A stretch of 64,000 bases of DNA from Octopus sinensis (taxonomy: Eukaryota). The DNA is taken from assembly GCF_006345805.1 (NCBI RefSeq), contig NC_043004.1, forward strand, positions 14,818,001 to 14,882,000. The letters are read 5' to 3'. Numbering within the stretch: position 1 is the stretch's first letter; each line of letters opens with the position of its first letter. The position numbers and the translations under genes are program-made. The notes beneath the pieces are model-generated. The model did no database searches. It saw only the letters and a list, made by a program, of their open reading frames with translations, and was not told the DNA's origin. Shown here in pieces: positions 24,674 through 39,442 of the stretch.

Positions 24674-25167
24674 TGCATGTGTATCTTTCAATATTTTTAT
24701 GCATACAAATGGCTATCACTTAACTGGAATACATTTCATACGTTTTATTGTTTGCATAAAAGGAACTTCATACATTAAATTGTACGAGGAATAAATTCAC
24801 ATGACACTAATTCTAGTTTCTGACAATAGTTTTACAGTTCCTTGCTGATCGTAGTGGTTTGAATTTCGAATCGTTTTGCCTCTAAATTGGTGCAATTCTT
24901 TGAGGTTCCTCCAATTCCTTCTCGTTTCGTATTGGTGGTGACGTGATTTCTATTAATTTTATGTTCGATATAAAATTTGATTGTTTAGGACAATGCGATT
25001 TTTAGCGCTATTTCTAATTCCTGATTAGTTTTCTGTCTCAGTCGGTTTCCGGCCGAAAACATCTGCCACCACCCAATATCACTCTTGGTATATTAATCAT
25101 AATCTTCTCCAAGATATCTATTTAGACTTTACAGTTAATAATACTCAAGATATAGTTTAAATGACTG

Positions 25168-25275
<108 letters not shown>

Positions 25276-26414
25276 TCATATACACATTAGTGTACGTATA
25301 AGGGAATCATTTTTAAATAATAGGTAATTTAAGAAACGATACTCTTCTCTGTTCTCTTACGGTAAAGCATACTTCTTAAAGGCATGTTTTTAAATTAGTT
25401 GGGTATGTTGCCTCATTGAAAATCATTTACGAAGCTGTAGACGTGTAAGGGAACTACTTTGAATCTATTCTTAATTCAAGTTCCTTTAGTGGGGTTTCAT
25501 ATGAGTTGTTTGCACGTGTATTCATGTATATATTTCATATGTGCATATAATTTTGTGCTTGCCACAGAAGATCATTTACTCCGTTTTATATACCAATGAA
25601 CGAACTTTGCAGTTAGTATCTACAAAGTTTCCACAGAATTTCAGCAGAATAAGTGTTAAATTGAAATGGCTCAAGCTTTCAAAATTCCCGAACCATAGCA
25701 TACAGACAATTTTATCTGCTCACATAGCGGAAGAAAGCCTACCTGAGTTGAATCCGTCGAATTTGAAGCTGGTAAATATATTTATATATATTTATTTTAT
25801 TCAGTTGAATCACTGGCTGCCGACTGGAAACTTTACAACATCCGTTTTATTGTTGTAGCAGGACTGATGAAATGTGTTTGTTTGTGATGAAAAGAAGACC
25901 AGTCAAACACTGTGATCTACATTATATACATATATGCATACAAACACGTAAACATTCAGTGAGTCACATTTCATTTAGTCTACACACGTATTATCACACT
26001 CATGTGGAAATGTGTATGAAATGATGAGAATCAGGAGAATAGTTAATATATTAACATTCTCTGCAAGCTGAATATCTGCTAAAATTTAGGCTAACATATT
26101 CTATTTTCTTTTAACATTTGTTACATAAACCGTAACAGAAAGCCAATGATATTTAAATAACTGAAAATAGTGGTGCTCCGTCACAATAACACATTATTTA
26201 AAGAATTATTTAGCATTCAGGTGATGATTTGGTAGAGGGTGTCGTATATTTCTGTCGGAGTTGGAATTTTCAGAATCAATTACATATAATGAAATGTGTC
26301 TTTTCTGTTCTAGTGATTGAGAGCGATTAAATAAGAACATGCAAACGCGCAGCAAGTATTGTTCGGTAAAAAAATGATAAATAGTGAATTTATACATTTT
26401 ACTATGCTGTTTGT

Positions 26415-26415
<1 letters not shown>

Positions 26416-26481
<66 letters not shown>

Positions 26482-26528
26482 GATTATTATTATTATTATT
26501 AATATTATTATTATCATTGTTATTATTA

Positions 26529-26593
<65 letters not shown>

Positions 26594-26663
26594 ATTATCA
26601 TTATTATTGTTATTATTATTATTATCATTATCATTATTATTATCATTATTATTATTATTATTA

Positions 26664-26699
<36 letters not shown>
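26416..26699. repeat. Long (TTA)n microsatellite
   Basis: Direct reading. Confidence 0.95.
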
Positions 26700-26703
<4 letters not shown>

Positions 26704-27085
26704 CCTACACTTCATGATATTATATTACTAACAGTATCATAATTATTATTTATTAATGACCTTTATGCTAAACATACATTAGATACAATTGAAATATTAA
26801 AAATATAATTTGAGATCTGTAATGAATTACTTATACATGAAAATCACATAAAATTGATGTCTTTGAATTAAATAATCGACTTCAAAGAATTTACGATAAT
26901 GAGAAACTCAAAATGATGCGGATACTGAATGTGGGGTAAAAACGAACAAAAATGATTCAAGCGAGATAAAGTGGCGTATTAATGAATAAAGACTCGTACC
27001 ACTTGTGATGATAACTTTAATTAAGATGTCAAAGCGTACGGAACATTGATACAAATCTTAAAAGAAAAAAAGTATGAAATTATAC

Positions 27086-27127
<42 letters not shown>

Positions 27128-27147
27128 ATTATATATATATATATATT

Positions 27148-27435
27148 GTTCGTTTCTTCTCAAGCCATGCCTGGCTCATAGGGCCGGTTTCCCAGTCTTA
27201 TTGGCGTATATGTTCCCCACCTGGACGGGACGCAAGTGAGCTGCAAGATGCAGGAGGAAGGAGTGAGAGAAAGTTATGGTGAAAGAGTCACCAGAAGTTC
27301 GCCATTACTTTCTGCCGAAGCCGCATGGAGCTGAGTTGTTACGCTCATAAACACACACATCACCCGGTCTGAGATCCGAACCCGCGATCCCTCGACCGTG
27401 AATCCGCTGCTCTAACCACTAGGCCATGTACCACC
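27148..27435 (-). mobile_element. tRNA-derived SINE family E
   Basis: Minus-strand head ggtggtacatggcctagtggttagagcagcggattcacggtcgagggatcgcgggttcggatctcag has clear A and B boxes. A non-tRNA body follows. Confidence 0.8.
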
Positions 27436-27441
27436 AAACAC

Positions 27442-27523
<82 letters not shown>

Positions 27524-27749
27524 GTATGTATACGCATAGCTAAATTGGCAAGAAGGGATAAATATTCATCTGTGATTCATCGAATAATACAGATAAAATC
27601 AATCAATGATGATGATCAGCCGGATGCCCGCGGATAATATGGGCTATACCGTAATAATCCGAAGCATAACGACACTTTGATGTTAAAATCATCTGATCTG
27701 TGGAAACTCGCATATTCATAAATTCCTCAGTAGACTTACTGTTATTATC

Positions 27750-27786
<37 letters not shown>

Positions 27787-27789
27787 TGT

Positions 27790-27960
27790 TATTCTTTTAC
27801 TTATTTAAGTCGTTTGACTGCGGCTATGCTGGAGCACCGTCTGTTTTAGTCGAACAAATGGACTCCAAGACTTAGTCTTTGTAAGCCTATCACTTATTCT
27901 TTCGGTTCTTCTTTGCCAAACACAGAAAAACACACATATGTATGAATGTATATATATACG

Positions 27961-28009
<49 letters not shown>

Positions 28010-28172
28010 CACGTATACGTCGGGCTTCGTTCAATTCCTTCCTACTAAATCCACTCACAAAATTTTGGTCGGCCCGAGACTACATTAGAAGGCAATTGCC
28101 CAAGGTGCCACGCAGTGAAATTGAGCCCGGAACTATGTTGTTGGGAAGGAAGCTTCTTACTACACAACCACT
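27790..28172 (-). mobile_element. SINE family A with internal (TA)n
   Basis: Homology to the other family A copies. Confidence 0.85.
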
Positions 28173-29099
28173 ATATTATATTTAAATACACTAATACTCA
28201 CATACACATATATCTATACACATTCATATATTTTTTATATGTGTCTGCGCATGAATGTAAGCATTTAGCTGATTCCAGTTAACTAGCTTCTCACTATATT
28301 TTAATCTTAAGAGAATAGAGTAATGACACTCTTCTTTTACGTTTGACTATACTTGTCTAAGAAGTAAGTACATCTATTAACGTTGAATTTGTAGATGTTA
28401 TTTTGTATTGCATAATTTACATGTAAGTAACGTTAAGCTGATTATTCTAGCCAAGCTGTTGTTTAGCGTATTCCCCAGCGGGAATATATCAAAGAAAACT
28501 GCAAAATGACGCCATGTTTTGCACAACATTAACATGTGCCCTAATGATTATTTTATTTCCTCTGCTATTTCATAATATCACAGTTCAATCTAATCCTTTT
28601 GTATATATTTCATAATTTAATATAATTTATCATAGTTTATCATAATTTTTCTCTTATGAAATTAATTATTCTTACCATAAAAATAATTTGTCGGAATGTG
28701 CTGTACATCAAAAGTATATTTCACAAGGTATATAAATGTATGTGTGTCGTTGTATATGTAGATGTCTTTTTAATATACATAGATACATGCATACATATAT
28801 ACATGCATACATACATCTATACATACATACATACACACATGTAATATATGTATGCAAATATATATATATATATATATATGTGTGTTATGTCACACATTCG
28901 GATGTCTTCTACTCAACTCGACTCCAATCTACTCTGACCGCTACTCAACTGTTCTTGTCTACTATTCTGTTCTCTACTACCTTGACGTCTAGACTTCTCC
29001 CTCTATATCTACGTATTGGGCTAGCCTACTTCATCGTCTGGGGGCGTCCACACAGCAATATTTCAGGACACGTATATAATAAGTTGACACTGAAGTAGA

Positions 29100-29215
29100 A
29101 GTTTTTGAAGGGAGGCGGAAATGTTTTAAATGGTACCCAGTACTTTACCCGGGTAATTATTTTAGCGACGCTGGAAGGATGAAACGTAAAGGCGACCGTA
29201 GTGGAATTTGAATGC
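29100..29215 (-). mobile_element. SINE family B fragment
   Basis: ggaaggatgaaacgtaaaggcgacc...ggaatttgaa core. Confidence 0.55.
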
Positions 29216-31737
29216 CCCTATAGATTTAACCCAACCTGCTAAGATTTATGCCTGTTCGACCAATTCATATAATATGATATAATACAATATAAGATGCAAT
29301 ATATTATCATGCTACGAACTGGTGATAGAAAATATTATCAAAGAAATATTCAGTTACAATATCACCGATTTTTAAAAATTATATATAGTGTTACCTATCC
29401 GTGTTAAGAGGAAGAGATATCTGATTCATATAGCTTTTAATCTTGAGTATTAAACACGTCAGTTAGAAATGAATTTTTTTTCTTCTATGTGATAACATTC
29501 TCTTGCTGGAGTGTATTTTTTAAATTACGAATTTTTTTTTTTTAGTGTGAAGAAATAAGTTTTAAAATATTAAATGATAACCATTTTGCTGTAAACATAT
29601 ATAAAATGGAAACTTTGTAAAATATTTGGGGCCGGGATAGTATCTGAGGTACAATTATAAAACTAAGTAGTTATATCCATTCTAAATGTTTATAGTGACA
29701 TACACATGCACGCGCACACACTCATGGACGCACATGCGCGCACACACACACGTATACAAGCATGTAGATGTCTTTACGCGAGCTATTATCTGTGTATATA
29801 TGTGTATCTATGCTTGACCACATATATATATTCGATAAGAAACGTGATATCTTGCATTTTAAATCGAAGTTAACTAATAGAATTATAGCTTTTAACTATT
29901 CCCTATGCAATTTCTTTTCTCAGAATAAATAGCATATCAAAGACAGTAACGTTATACAACGATTTTTCTAGAAGTCTTATCTTGAATCACAGTACAGACT
30001 GTTTTGAATTAATGTATTAGATAGTATTTGCGTCCATCAGCAATCCAGATCATTACCATATCAAGCTATTCTTTAAACAACTGTTCATATATTACTATTT
30101 ATTAAAGAAAAAAGTCTATTACGTTGAGTTACGTACACTTCGAAAAGTTTTATATTAACTTTACATGAAACAAATTCTCGCTGATATCATTCAGTAATGA
30201 AAGCTTAATATATTATATATTCAATAGTACAATATTAACTTTATGATAGAATATTCTAAACCAAGTTCAAAGAAAAATTCTATCCTATTATTGAGCATTT
30301 AAACTAAATATCAGCCAAGAAAATATTAGTTTATGTAGTGATCATATTCCCCATTGCTAGTATGGTTTGTTACACACCATTCTCTTCCAACACTTTACAA
30401 GTGTGCACACTCTATCATGTAACTGATGTAGGGAACTACGATGAGAAGTCGAAGCTCATGTTCATGATTTAACGCATTGAGTAAAACTTATGAAGCTGAG
30501 TGACGACTTCAGTTATAAATCGTAATACTGACGCATGCACATGAGATCAGTTGACAAGAGAAATTTTTCTCCTAATCACACATTGACAACTAAAAGGCAT
30601 ATAAGTCGTTCCAAAACTGAATAAATTAATTAATAGACACCGTGTTGTAGGCAAAATTAAAAAAAAAATTAAATATCTATTCAAAATATCGCTGAGATCA
30701 TTTCAGTTGAAACTATCATTCCAGCGTACCAACACAAACCATCTCAAACACAGCTTACCATATCTGCCATCATATACATCTCCATGCTAACTTCTGTGGT
30801 ATTTCAATCAAAGTATCACAGGTATATGATTTTCATTACTGATATTGTACAACTGCTATCGTTGCCATTCATACTTATCCTGAACTCATAAATGATTAAA
30901 GGGTTCTATGATCAAAGCAGCTCTATTAATGATTCTTCAGCATTTTCTTTATTGTTGACTGGATATAGAAAACAACATTATGAAAGGCGGAAGCATTTTA
31001 AATACGGTAGGTTGCATTGAGAGAGATTTTTCAGATAATTATCGCAGGTCAGGCATACACTTAATTGATCTTTGGTTTGTTAAGCAACAATTTGAAGTCG
31101 CTCTAGATCTAAAACGAATCATACATTCATTTTACATCTCAGAATTCCGCCATGCTACTGAAGTCCAGATCAGAAATTTTCAACAAATGTAAGTACATGA
31201 ACAAATTTCTATTGAGGAACAGGAAGACACAAAATTCTCCAGCTTGAGCAGCTATCTAGCGGACTATGGGCTCCCCACCTTTTCATTATTCTATTACAAA
31301 TGCTTTCATTTTGTCTTCTACGATCGAATGCATAGTAAATTTAATTAATTATTTTCTTTCCTTTTTCGGTTTGTATTCACCCTATCACTTTTTGCATCAA
31401 TCTCCGCGCTTTCCTCTTTTCTGTTCTCGTGGTTTCTTATGTACTAACATCTCCATTTTCAAATAGAGACTAATGTACATAGAGCATGAGGAATACTTGG
31501 AGACACAAGGCACGTCATGAAAATCTGGTTAGTCACGTGAGTTCACAGCAAGAAACAATAAGTAGGTCTTATCCTTATATAGTGTATATAGGTACGTACA
31601 CACACATATTCTCATATATGCTAACATGTATATCAAGATATGAATAAAACTCATATACCTATGTATATGATTGAATATATTCATGCATATACATATATAT
31701 ATATATATGTGTATATATATATATATTATATATATAT

Positions 31738-31773
<36 letters not shown>

Positions 31774-32730
31774 CATACATACACACCAATAAACACAAAA
31801 ATACACACACAAACACACGCACACATATCTATATATGTACCTACACACAAATGCCCGCGCGCGCTAAACTGCACACTCGCTCTCAATCATTGCCCTACAT
31901 ATATGTAAACATGCAAAGATACAGAGCTTACAGACACAAGACCGCGTGCATTTAGTGTATTTAATTTTAACCGGATCAACTATTTTTCGTGTTTGCAGAA
32001 TATATAAAGATCCTATCACCTAACTCATCACTTGTTTATCTGAAAGTTCTGCTGCTGATCCTAACAAGAAAAAATATATTTATGAATATATGTGATCCAT
32101 ATTGCTTAAATTTTTGAAAATGAATTATTGAAAAATTATCGAAGGACACTCTGCGTAAGCACCGAATAGTGAGGCTAAACCAAAATACAACAAATAGTGA
32201 TACAGAACTTTTAATTATTCAAAATTACACTCGCGTTGAGGAGAATTAATCATTAACTTAATTATCGATGCTAGCTACGAAAGACACAAACGGCAAACTT
32301 GATATTCAATTACTTGAAATTTATTAAAAATCGAATGCAGGTAATACAATGGTGAGAAGTGTGTCGGATTGTAACAGTACGGTGACAACTCCAGCCATTA
32401 TTTCGACTTATTACGTTGAACTTACATAATTATAGTATTTACAAATGCTGCCAGACAAATAAATTGTAGTATGAGCAAACAAGATTCAGATAGTGTCTTC
32501 GAATGTACGTTATCTAGTACCAAACAGAGAGGATATTGACACTGTATCGAATATTACCGAAGAAACTGTGCCACCCAATAGCTGTCTCAACTCAAATGCA
32601 TAAATTCTAATTAGTGACGTCGACTATACGAAGGACAAAAATACGTGTAATTAATCCTGAAAAATCTTATTTCAATGCCGTGTGAGATCATCGTCACATG
32701 GTTATAAAAGATATAATTAAAATAATGATG

Positions 32731-32815
<85 letters not shown>

Positions 32816-32823
32816 TGATGATA

Positions 32824-32861
<38 letters not shown>

Positions 32862-32920
32862 AGTAAAGAGTAGGTTATAAAAGCAATCCTGATTAGTAAA
32901 TCTTCACGTGATTCGATTAC

Positions 32921-33035
32921 ATTCCGCCGAGGTTGACCTTGCCTTTTCTCCTTTCAGGGTTGATAAAGTGAGTTCCAGTCGAACACTAGCGTCGATGCGA
33001 TCGGCTATACTCCTTCTCAAAATTTCAGCCCTTTG
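32921..33035 (+). mobile_element. SINE family B 3' half
   Basis: attccgccgaggttgaccttgccttttctcctttcagggttgataaagtgagttccagtc...aaaatttcagccctttgt. Confidence 0.7.
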
Positions 33036-33050
33036 TTAATAGTATGAAGG

Positions 33051-33113
<63 letters not shown>

Positions 33114-33119
33114 ATAATA

Positions 33120-33151
<32 letters not shown>

Positions 33152-33660
33152 TGAGTGAGAGAGCAGTGAATGCCATCAAAGTGACACTAGGGTAAAATAT
33201 ACGAAGCCCAGTATATCTATCATGACTACCGTCTGATAAGGGTACGCCAGGCATATGCATCAGAACCATATGTGCGCGACATGACCTTGCAGGTGAGACT
33301 CAGTTAGAATTTTCTTCAGGATGAGTAGCCCATCTCGCTCAAGAGGTCCATGAATAAGTGCTGTTTAAGGATGTTGAACGAAACACCCACGTTTCCAAAG
33401 CTGAATTATCCAAACCTCAAAGAATTTCTCTTAATACATACGGCTATGCTGTTCCCGCACTACTTCTGCTCGTGATCTGAGAAGTATATATCGTCAGCCA
33501 TTAAGAAACATGCTGAACTGGTTAAGGTCAAACAACTGACAATCAAATCTGTGGTATTGAGCAGAATATTTGCTGTAGACAATCTTTTGTATATAGACAA
33601 AACAATATACATGATAACACTTCCAATCAGAAGCCATGAGAGCCACTACTTGGTACTTCA
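33152..33660 (-). mobile_element. Element X copy 2
   Basis: Colinear with 2948-3477. Directly follows (TTA)n at 33051-33150. Confidence 0.85.
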
Positions 33661-34712
33661 TTGTTATTTATAGCATAAATATTTTCAATATTGAAGCGCT
33701 TAATAGGAGAAATAGCTACGTGCAATTGTATGCTAAGCGAATGAATTTCGGATGTGGATGATATGTACAGGAATTGTACATTATGTGAAATTATGTGCAT
33801 ATTTGACATCAAGAATTAAAAGCAAATGTTAAATAAATGAGCATACAAGTTGCGGAACACACACAAAAAATAAAAAAAACAATGGGAGAAAATTTAATAA
33901 GGCGAAAACAAAATAACAGTAAGAATATTATTTGGTTAAAGAAAGCTTTTTTTGAAATTGTATCTCTACAAAATGACTGACATCACAGACAGAACGTGTA
34001 CATGTAAAAAAGACAAAAGAGACAGAAATATCACTAATGAATAATGAAAAGTTAGTGATTTTGTTAGAAATATGATTTGCATCAACCGGATATAAATATT
34101 TCTATGCTATGTGAAAAATCTGTATACGTGGAAAACAGTATGATTTAAAAATAAAAGAACACATATCGATGGAATTAAAAACCAAACGCACAGGGTAGAA
34201 ACTTTTACTCAGAAAATATAATTCCAAAAAACTTCCTAGCCAAACACAGTAACTACAAATAACAGAAAACGTAAAGAGAAAGTCATAAAGAACAATCAGT
34301 ATTTCTATGATGCCATATAAGATTTCGAATGTCTGTCTTTTTACATTTTTGCGAAACATTTTCTTCAATAAAAGCGCAACGTATTCTGAATTAATGAGAG
34401 GACAATAGGTTCGTGGAAAATCAATACAATAATTCTATCAAGAGACTGCAATTCACCTCTGTACACAGCATTTTGTGGACAGCAACAGTAAATTTAAATC
34501 AGATTGTTGCAAATGGTGTATGCACTTATTTCCTGAAAAGTATGTAAAATGTCAAAACGTATTCCTCAATCAAAACGAATAAGTATGACAGCCGTCATAC
34601 GATAGTAAAACATCACCTAAACTAAAAGTATTAGCTTCATTAACGAAGGCTGCAGGAAGACTTCATCAGTAACAAAATAATAAATGGCAAGAACACTTTC
34701 GTCATTATTATT

Positions 34713-34765
<53 letters not shown>

Positions 34766-34796
34766 TATTATTATCATCATCCTCATCATTATTATT

Positions 34797-34847
<51 letters not shown>

Positions 34848-34855
34848 GGTGTTGT

Positions 34856-35130
34856 TGAGAGAGCAGTGTATGCCATTCAATTGAAACTCGTGTAAAAATA
34901 TACGGACCCCAGTATACACGTTATGACTACCCGCATGATTCGGGTATACCAGGTACATGCATCTCAAACATGATGATCTCATATCAAGATAAACAACGCA
35001 TTACCTTGCAATTCGGGCTCCTTTATTTTTTTTTGAGATCGAGTAACCCATCCCACTCAAAAGGTTCCTAAATAAGGGTTGTTTAAGGATGTTGAACGAA
35101 ACACCCATGTTTCCAGAGTTGAATTATTCA
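34856..35130 (-). mobile_element. Element X copy 3, partial
   Basis: Colinear with 2950-3240. Follows a (CAT)n/(TTA)n tract. Confidence 0.8.
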
Positions 35131-35179
35131 TTTATAATGTCGTATGATAGAGAAAAGGGGTAAGACAGAATTTTATGAC

Positions 35180-36333
35180 GCTGGAATTCTCCCGTAACAC
35201 CCCTTCCTTATATCTTTCATACTTGCATGCTGAGTGCAGAGCCCATATTTATTCCGAGGTTTTTGGAAGTTTCTTTGAGTTCTTTTATGACTATGTTATC
35301 ATGCAACACCACTGACTGTAAGGTCTTCAGTTTCCCCTTCTGGAAAGTAGCCTTGACACATTTATCAAGACCAAATTCTATCCAAATGTCATCCTTGAAT
35401 GATTTCACAGAACATAGAAGTCCTTCAAACTCATTATCGTCTTTGTCATAGAGTTTTAAGTCATCCTTATAAAATAGATAACTTATTTTCTTGTCGCCAA
35501 TTTCATATCCCTGCCCTGTTCGTAAGAAAATGCCCCTGTTACTACTAACATATTTTTGTGGTCAGTACTTCATTAGAGTGGTATAATTGGAGATTTGTAT
35601 TTCACATTGACATATTTTGCACCTAGAAGCTTGAAATCACAAGAGAAATGTTGAAGATATCCACCGATTTCAAGGTCCATGAATCCGGTGTACTGTTGAG
35701 GGCCTTGTTATAATCAATCCATGCAGAACTGAAATTTCTGCGTTTGTTATGACAGTTCTCAAGAATCATGCGATGATTAAGAGTTGGTCTTTGCATCCAT
35801 ATGAGCCTCGTCGCCACCCTTTTTGTTTAGTGGGGAAAATATCGTTCTGTTCCAAAAATTTGCATGTTTTCTCCTCAAGGATGTATGTGAAAGTTTTATA
35901 TGTGGTAGATATACATATTATGGGCCATTAGATTTGGGGAAATTTGGTTTCATTATTCTTCGGGATAAGGTAAGTAATACCTATTGTTTTTTCGTAGGAT
36001 CTCATAATTTCATTGAATATCTGAACTAACTTTTCATGTGCGCACGGTAGCGAGCGGGCTAGAAATTTGGCACCCTATCATTACCAGGAGATTTCCACTT
36101 TCGTGAATGTCATCCTTAGGTCTGCTATTGTGATGTCTTCCCATACTAGTTCTGGTAAGACTTGGTAGGATTCTTGTGTGTCTAATCCAATCTGCATTTT
36201 AATTGTAAGTCTTTTCATTATTCCAGATATTTTCCAGAAGTTTTTAACTTCCTACATGGTAGGAGTGTTTTCAACGGTTATTTTCTCCTTCCGTGTTTCT
36301 CTCTAGAATGTATTCGCATTGGATGTGAACACC

Positions 36334-36338
<5 letters not shown>
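35180..36338 (-). mobile_element. Old R4/Dong-clade LINE fragment (degenerate reverse transcriptase)
   Basis: Relic motifs EQKGWRRGSYGCKDQLLI, AWIDYNKALNSTPDSW, LFYKDDLKLY (YMDD-like) and DDIWIEFGLDKCVKATF, with many stops and frameshifts. The 5' junction is in (TAA)n. Confidence 0.9.
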
Positions 36339-36416
<78 letters not shown>

Positions 36417-36420
36417 CATT

Positions 36421-37796
36421 GTCATTTACTTTTAATCTGCATGTTTGATGCAATCACATGCCGGGGCACACCCAGCGCCCTAGGGCAAGTGAAGGTTAAG
36501 AGTTGTTGAAATATAGCTGAAAGCTTGGGGAGGGGAAGTAGAGATATATCTCCATGTAATGCAAACACAGACATTTACATTGATAGGGTTTTTCTAAGGA
36601 TGTGGGCAGTACTTGTTAGCACAATCTTTTGGATTTCCTTGAGACATAGTTTTCCAGGGATATTGTCTAGGTGTTTCTGACATCCCTTTTTCATCATACC
36701 TAGGGCACCTACAATAACAGGAACAGTTTTTGTTTTAAGATTCCACATCCTCTGTATTTCGATTTCCAGGTCCTTATATTTACTAAGTTTGTCAAATTCC
36801 TTGACAGATACATTTTTATCAGTGGGGACGCTTACTTCTATTAGTCTGCAGGTATTTTCTTCCCTGTCTTTAACAATTATGTCTGGTCGATTAGCCTTGA
36901 TCGTTCTGTCAGTGTTGACTGGAAAATCCCAGAGGATGGTGACATCTTTACCTTCAACAACTGGCTGAGGATGGTGTTCATACCAGTTAGCAGGAGTGTC
37001 GGATTTGTAGTGTTTACATATCTTCCAATGTATATACTGTCCTACCCTATCGTGGCGATTTTTGTATTCGTTTGGTGTCAGCACAGGACATCCAGAAACG
37101 AGATGGTCTATCGTTTCGTCAAATGTGTCGCAGAATCTGCATTTAGGGTCAGTACCGTTTCGGAGAACGTTAGCCTGGTAATTTCTGGTAAACAAGCTTT
37201 GATCTTGTGCTGCCATTATGAAACCTTCAGTCTCTGCTTTCAATCCAGAGCTCTTCAGCCACTGATGGGTTGTTGCTTGGTCTACATCAGCATTTTGGCT
37301 TCGGAGAATATATTGTCCATGCAGGGGCTTCTGGCTCCACCGCCTCTCAATTTGATTCTGCCCGTTCTTTTTTGCAGTCTGCTTGATTCGCTTTGCTTGC
37401 TTGGTAGCAGTGGTTTCCGGCTCTTCATCTGATTCAAGGTTAATGTCTAGTTCCCTTTCGAACTTATAAGCTTCCTTGACAATAGAATGCAGCTTTTTGT
37501 TGCTTTCGTGTTCGCGCACAAGTCGCAGCATCCAGTCCTTTGTACTAGATAGGTACCTGTTCATTCCTACAGTAGAGGTCTTATAGCACAGCTCTAATTG
37601 CATCATTCCTCTCCCCCCGCTGCTTCTAGGTAGGTACAAGCGGTCTACATCTGCCTTAGGGTGGTGCATGCTCTTGGATGTCAGTAACTTTCTTGTCTTC
37701 CTGTCTAAGCGTTGGAGTTCCGTAAGGTTCCAGTTAATGATATTAAAACTGTACTGGACTACTGGAAGTGCTGCCAGGGTGTTAATGGCCTCAATG

Positions 37797-37799
<3 letters not shown>
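36421..37799 (-). mobile_element. Young 5'-truncated R4/Dong-clade non-LTR retrotransposon inserted in (TAA)n
   Basis: Uninterrupted ORF plus a ~155-bp 3' UTR, with (TTA)n tracts on both sides (36339-36420 and 37800-37864). Dong-type elements are known to target TAA repeats. Confidence 0.92.
36575..37669 (-). CDS. C-terminal part of an R4/Dong polyprotein: RT thumb, CCHC zinc knuckle and PD-(D/E)xK restriction-like endonuclease (partial; frame stays open to about 37798)
   Basis: Motifs RLYLPRSSGGRG, KPLHGQY, AAQDQ, CRFCDTFDETIDHLVSGC, RHD, RPDIIV...LIEVSVP and KLSKY. Upstream in frame: AINTLAALPVVQYSFNIINW. Lacks the RT core, so it is not an autonomous gene. Confidence 0.9.
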   Translation of the reverse strand: MHHPKADVDRLYLPRSSGGRGMMQLELCYKTSTVGMNRYLSSTKDWMLRLVREHESNKKLHSIVKEAYKFERELDINLESDEEPETTATKQAKRIKQTAKKNGQNQIERRWSQKPLHGQYILRSQNADVDQATTHQWLKSSGLKAETEGFIMAAQDQSLFTRNYQANVLRNGTDPKCRFCDTFDETIDHLVSGCPVLTPNEYKNRHDRVGQYIHWKICKHYKSDTPANWYEHHPQPVVEGKDVTILWDFPVNTDRTIKANRPDIIVKDREENTCRLIEVSVPTDKNVSVKEFDKLSKYKDLEIEIQRMWNLKTKTVPVIVGALGMMKKGCQKHLDNIPGKLCLKEIQKIVLTSTAHILRKTLSM

Positions 37800-37860
<61 letters not shown>

Positions 37861-37864
37861 TATT

Positions 37865-38043
37865 GCCTTTGCACAGCTTCTAACGCTGGAGATGTACTAT
37901 AGTCTCAGATGTTCACTACCCGTGAACTAAGGTAACACCTCTTATTTTTCGAGCAACTTCAGGAGTATTCGAGCGGTTCCAAGCAGTGCTGTTTTCTGCA
38001 AGTGCTCCAACCTTATTGCAGACCCTATTTGTTCCATGTAATT
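37865..38043 (-). mobile_element. Extreme 3' end of a different R4/Dong family
   Basis: YMEQIGSAIRLEHLQKTALLGTARILLKLLEK* is homologous to EIQKIVLTSTAHILRKTL. It has a short, distinct 3' UTR ending on (TAA)n. Confidence 0.8.
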
Positions 38044-38044
38044 C

Positions 38045-38076
<32 letters not shown>

Positions 38077-38136
38077 CTTCTTCTTCTTCTTCTTCTTCTT
38101 CTTCTTCTTCTTCTTCTTCTTCTTCTTCTTCTTCTT

Positions 38137-38166
<30 letters not shown>
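38044..38166. repeat. Compound (GTT)n(CTT)n microsatellite
   Basis: Direct reading. Confidence 0.95.
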
Positions 38167-38168
<2 letters not shown>

Positions 38169-38171
38169 CCA

Positions 38172-38942
<771 letters not shown>

Positions 38943-39407
38943 TAAATAGATCTGAAATACTTGACGACATATTTATCACTGTAAAGTAATAAACATTTTA
39001 AATCGTCTGAAATTTTAAAATCAGGTGATTATTTATCATCTTAAATAAAGATAAAATAAAATAATTCACAAATAGTCAAATTTATCGGAAAAATACCTCT
39101 GGAACAATAATATACGGTAATAAATCTTTTTCTGCAACTCTTAGAGACTTCTTAACTTTAGTTTTGCACATTTTTTTAATTCACACGAATAACTTGAATA
39201 TAACAATAAGTTAAAGAGAATATGTAATTCAGAAACGAAACAGAAACAAGTCATATGTTATAACTATGCGTGTGTAAGTATACTATGCGTCTATGTATAT
39301 GTATGCACTTAAGTATATATCCATATACATGCACACATACATATACACATACATACATACATACATATATACATACATACATATATATATTATATATATA
39401 TATATAT

Positions 39408-39442
<35 letters not shown>

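Noticed and set aside
25855-25905. CTGATGA hammerhead core match
   Set aside because: No credible stems II or III; a chance 7-mer.
27365-27435. tRNA-like sequence with good A and B boxes
   Set aside because: The acceptor stem is not recoverable, there is no oligo-T terminator, and it runs into a SINE body; called a SINE head.
36971-37432. 153-aa plus-strand ORF
   Set aside because: It is the antisense shadow of the Dong ORF.
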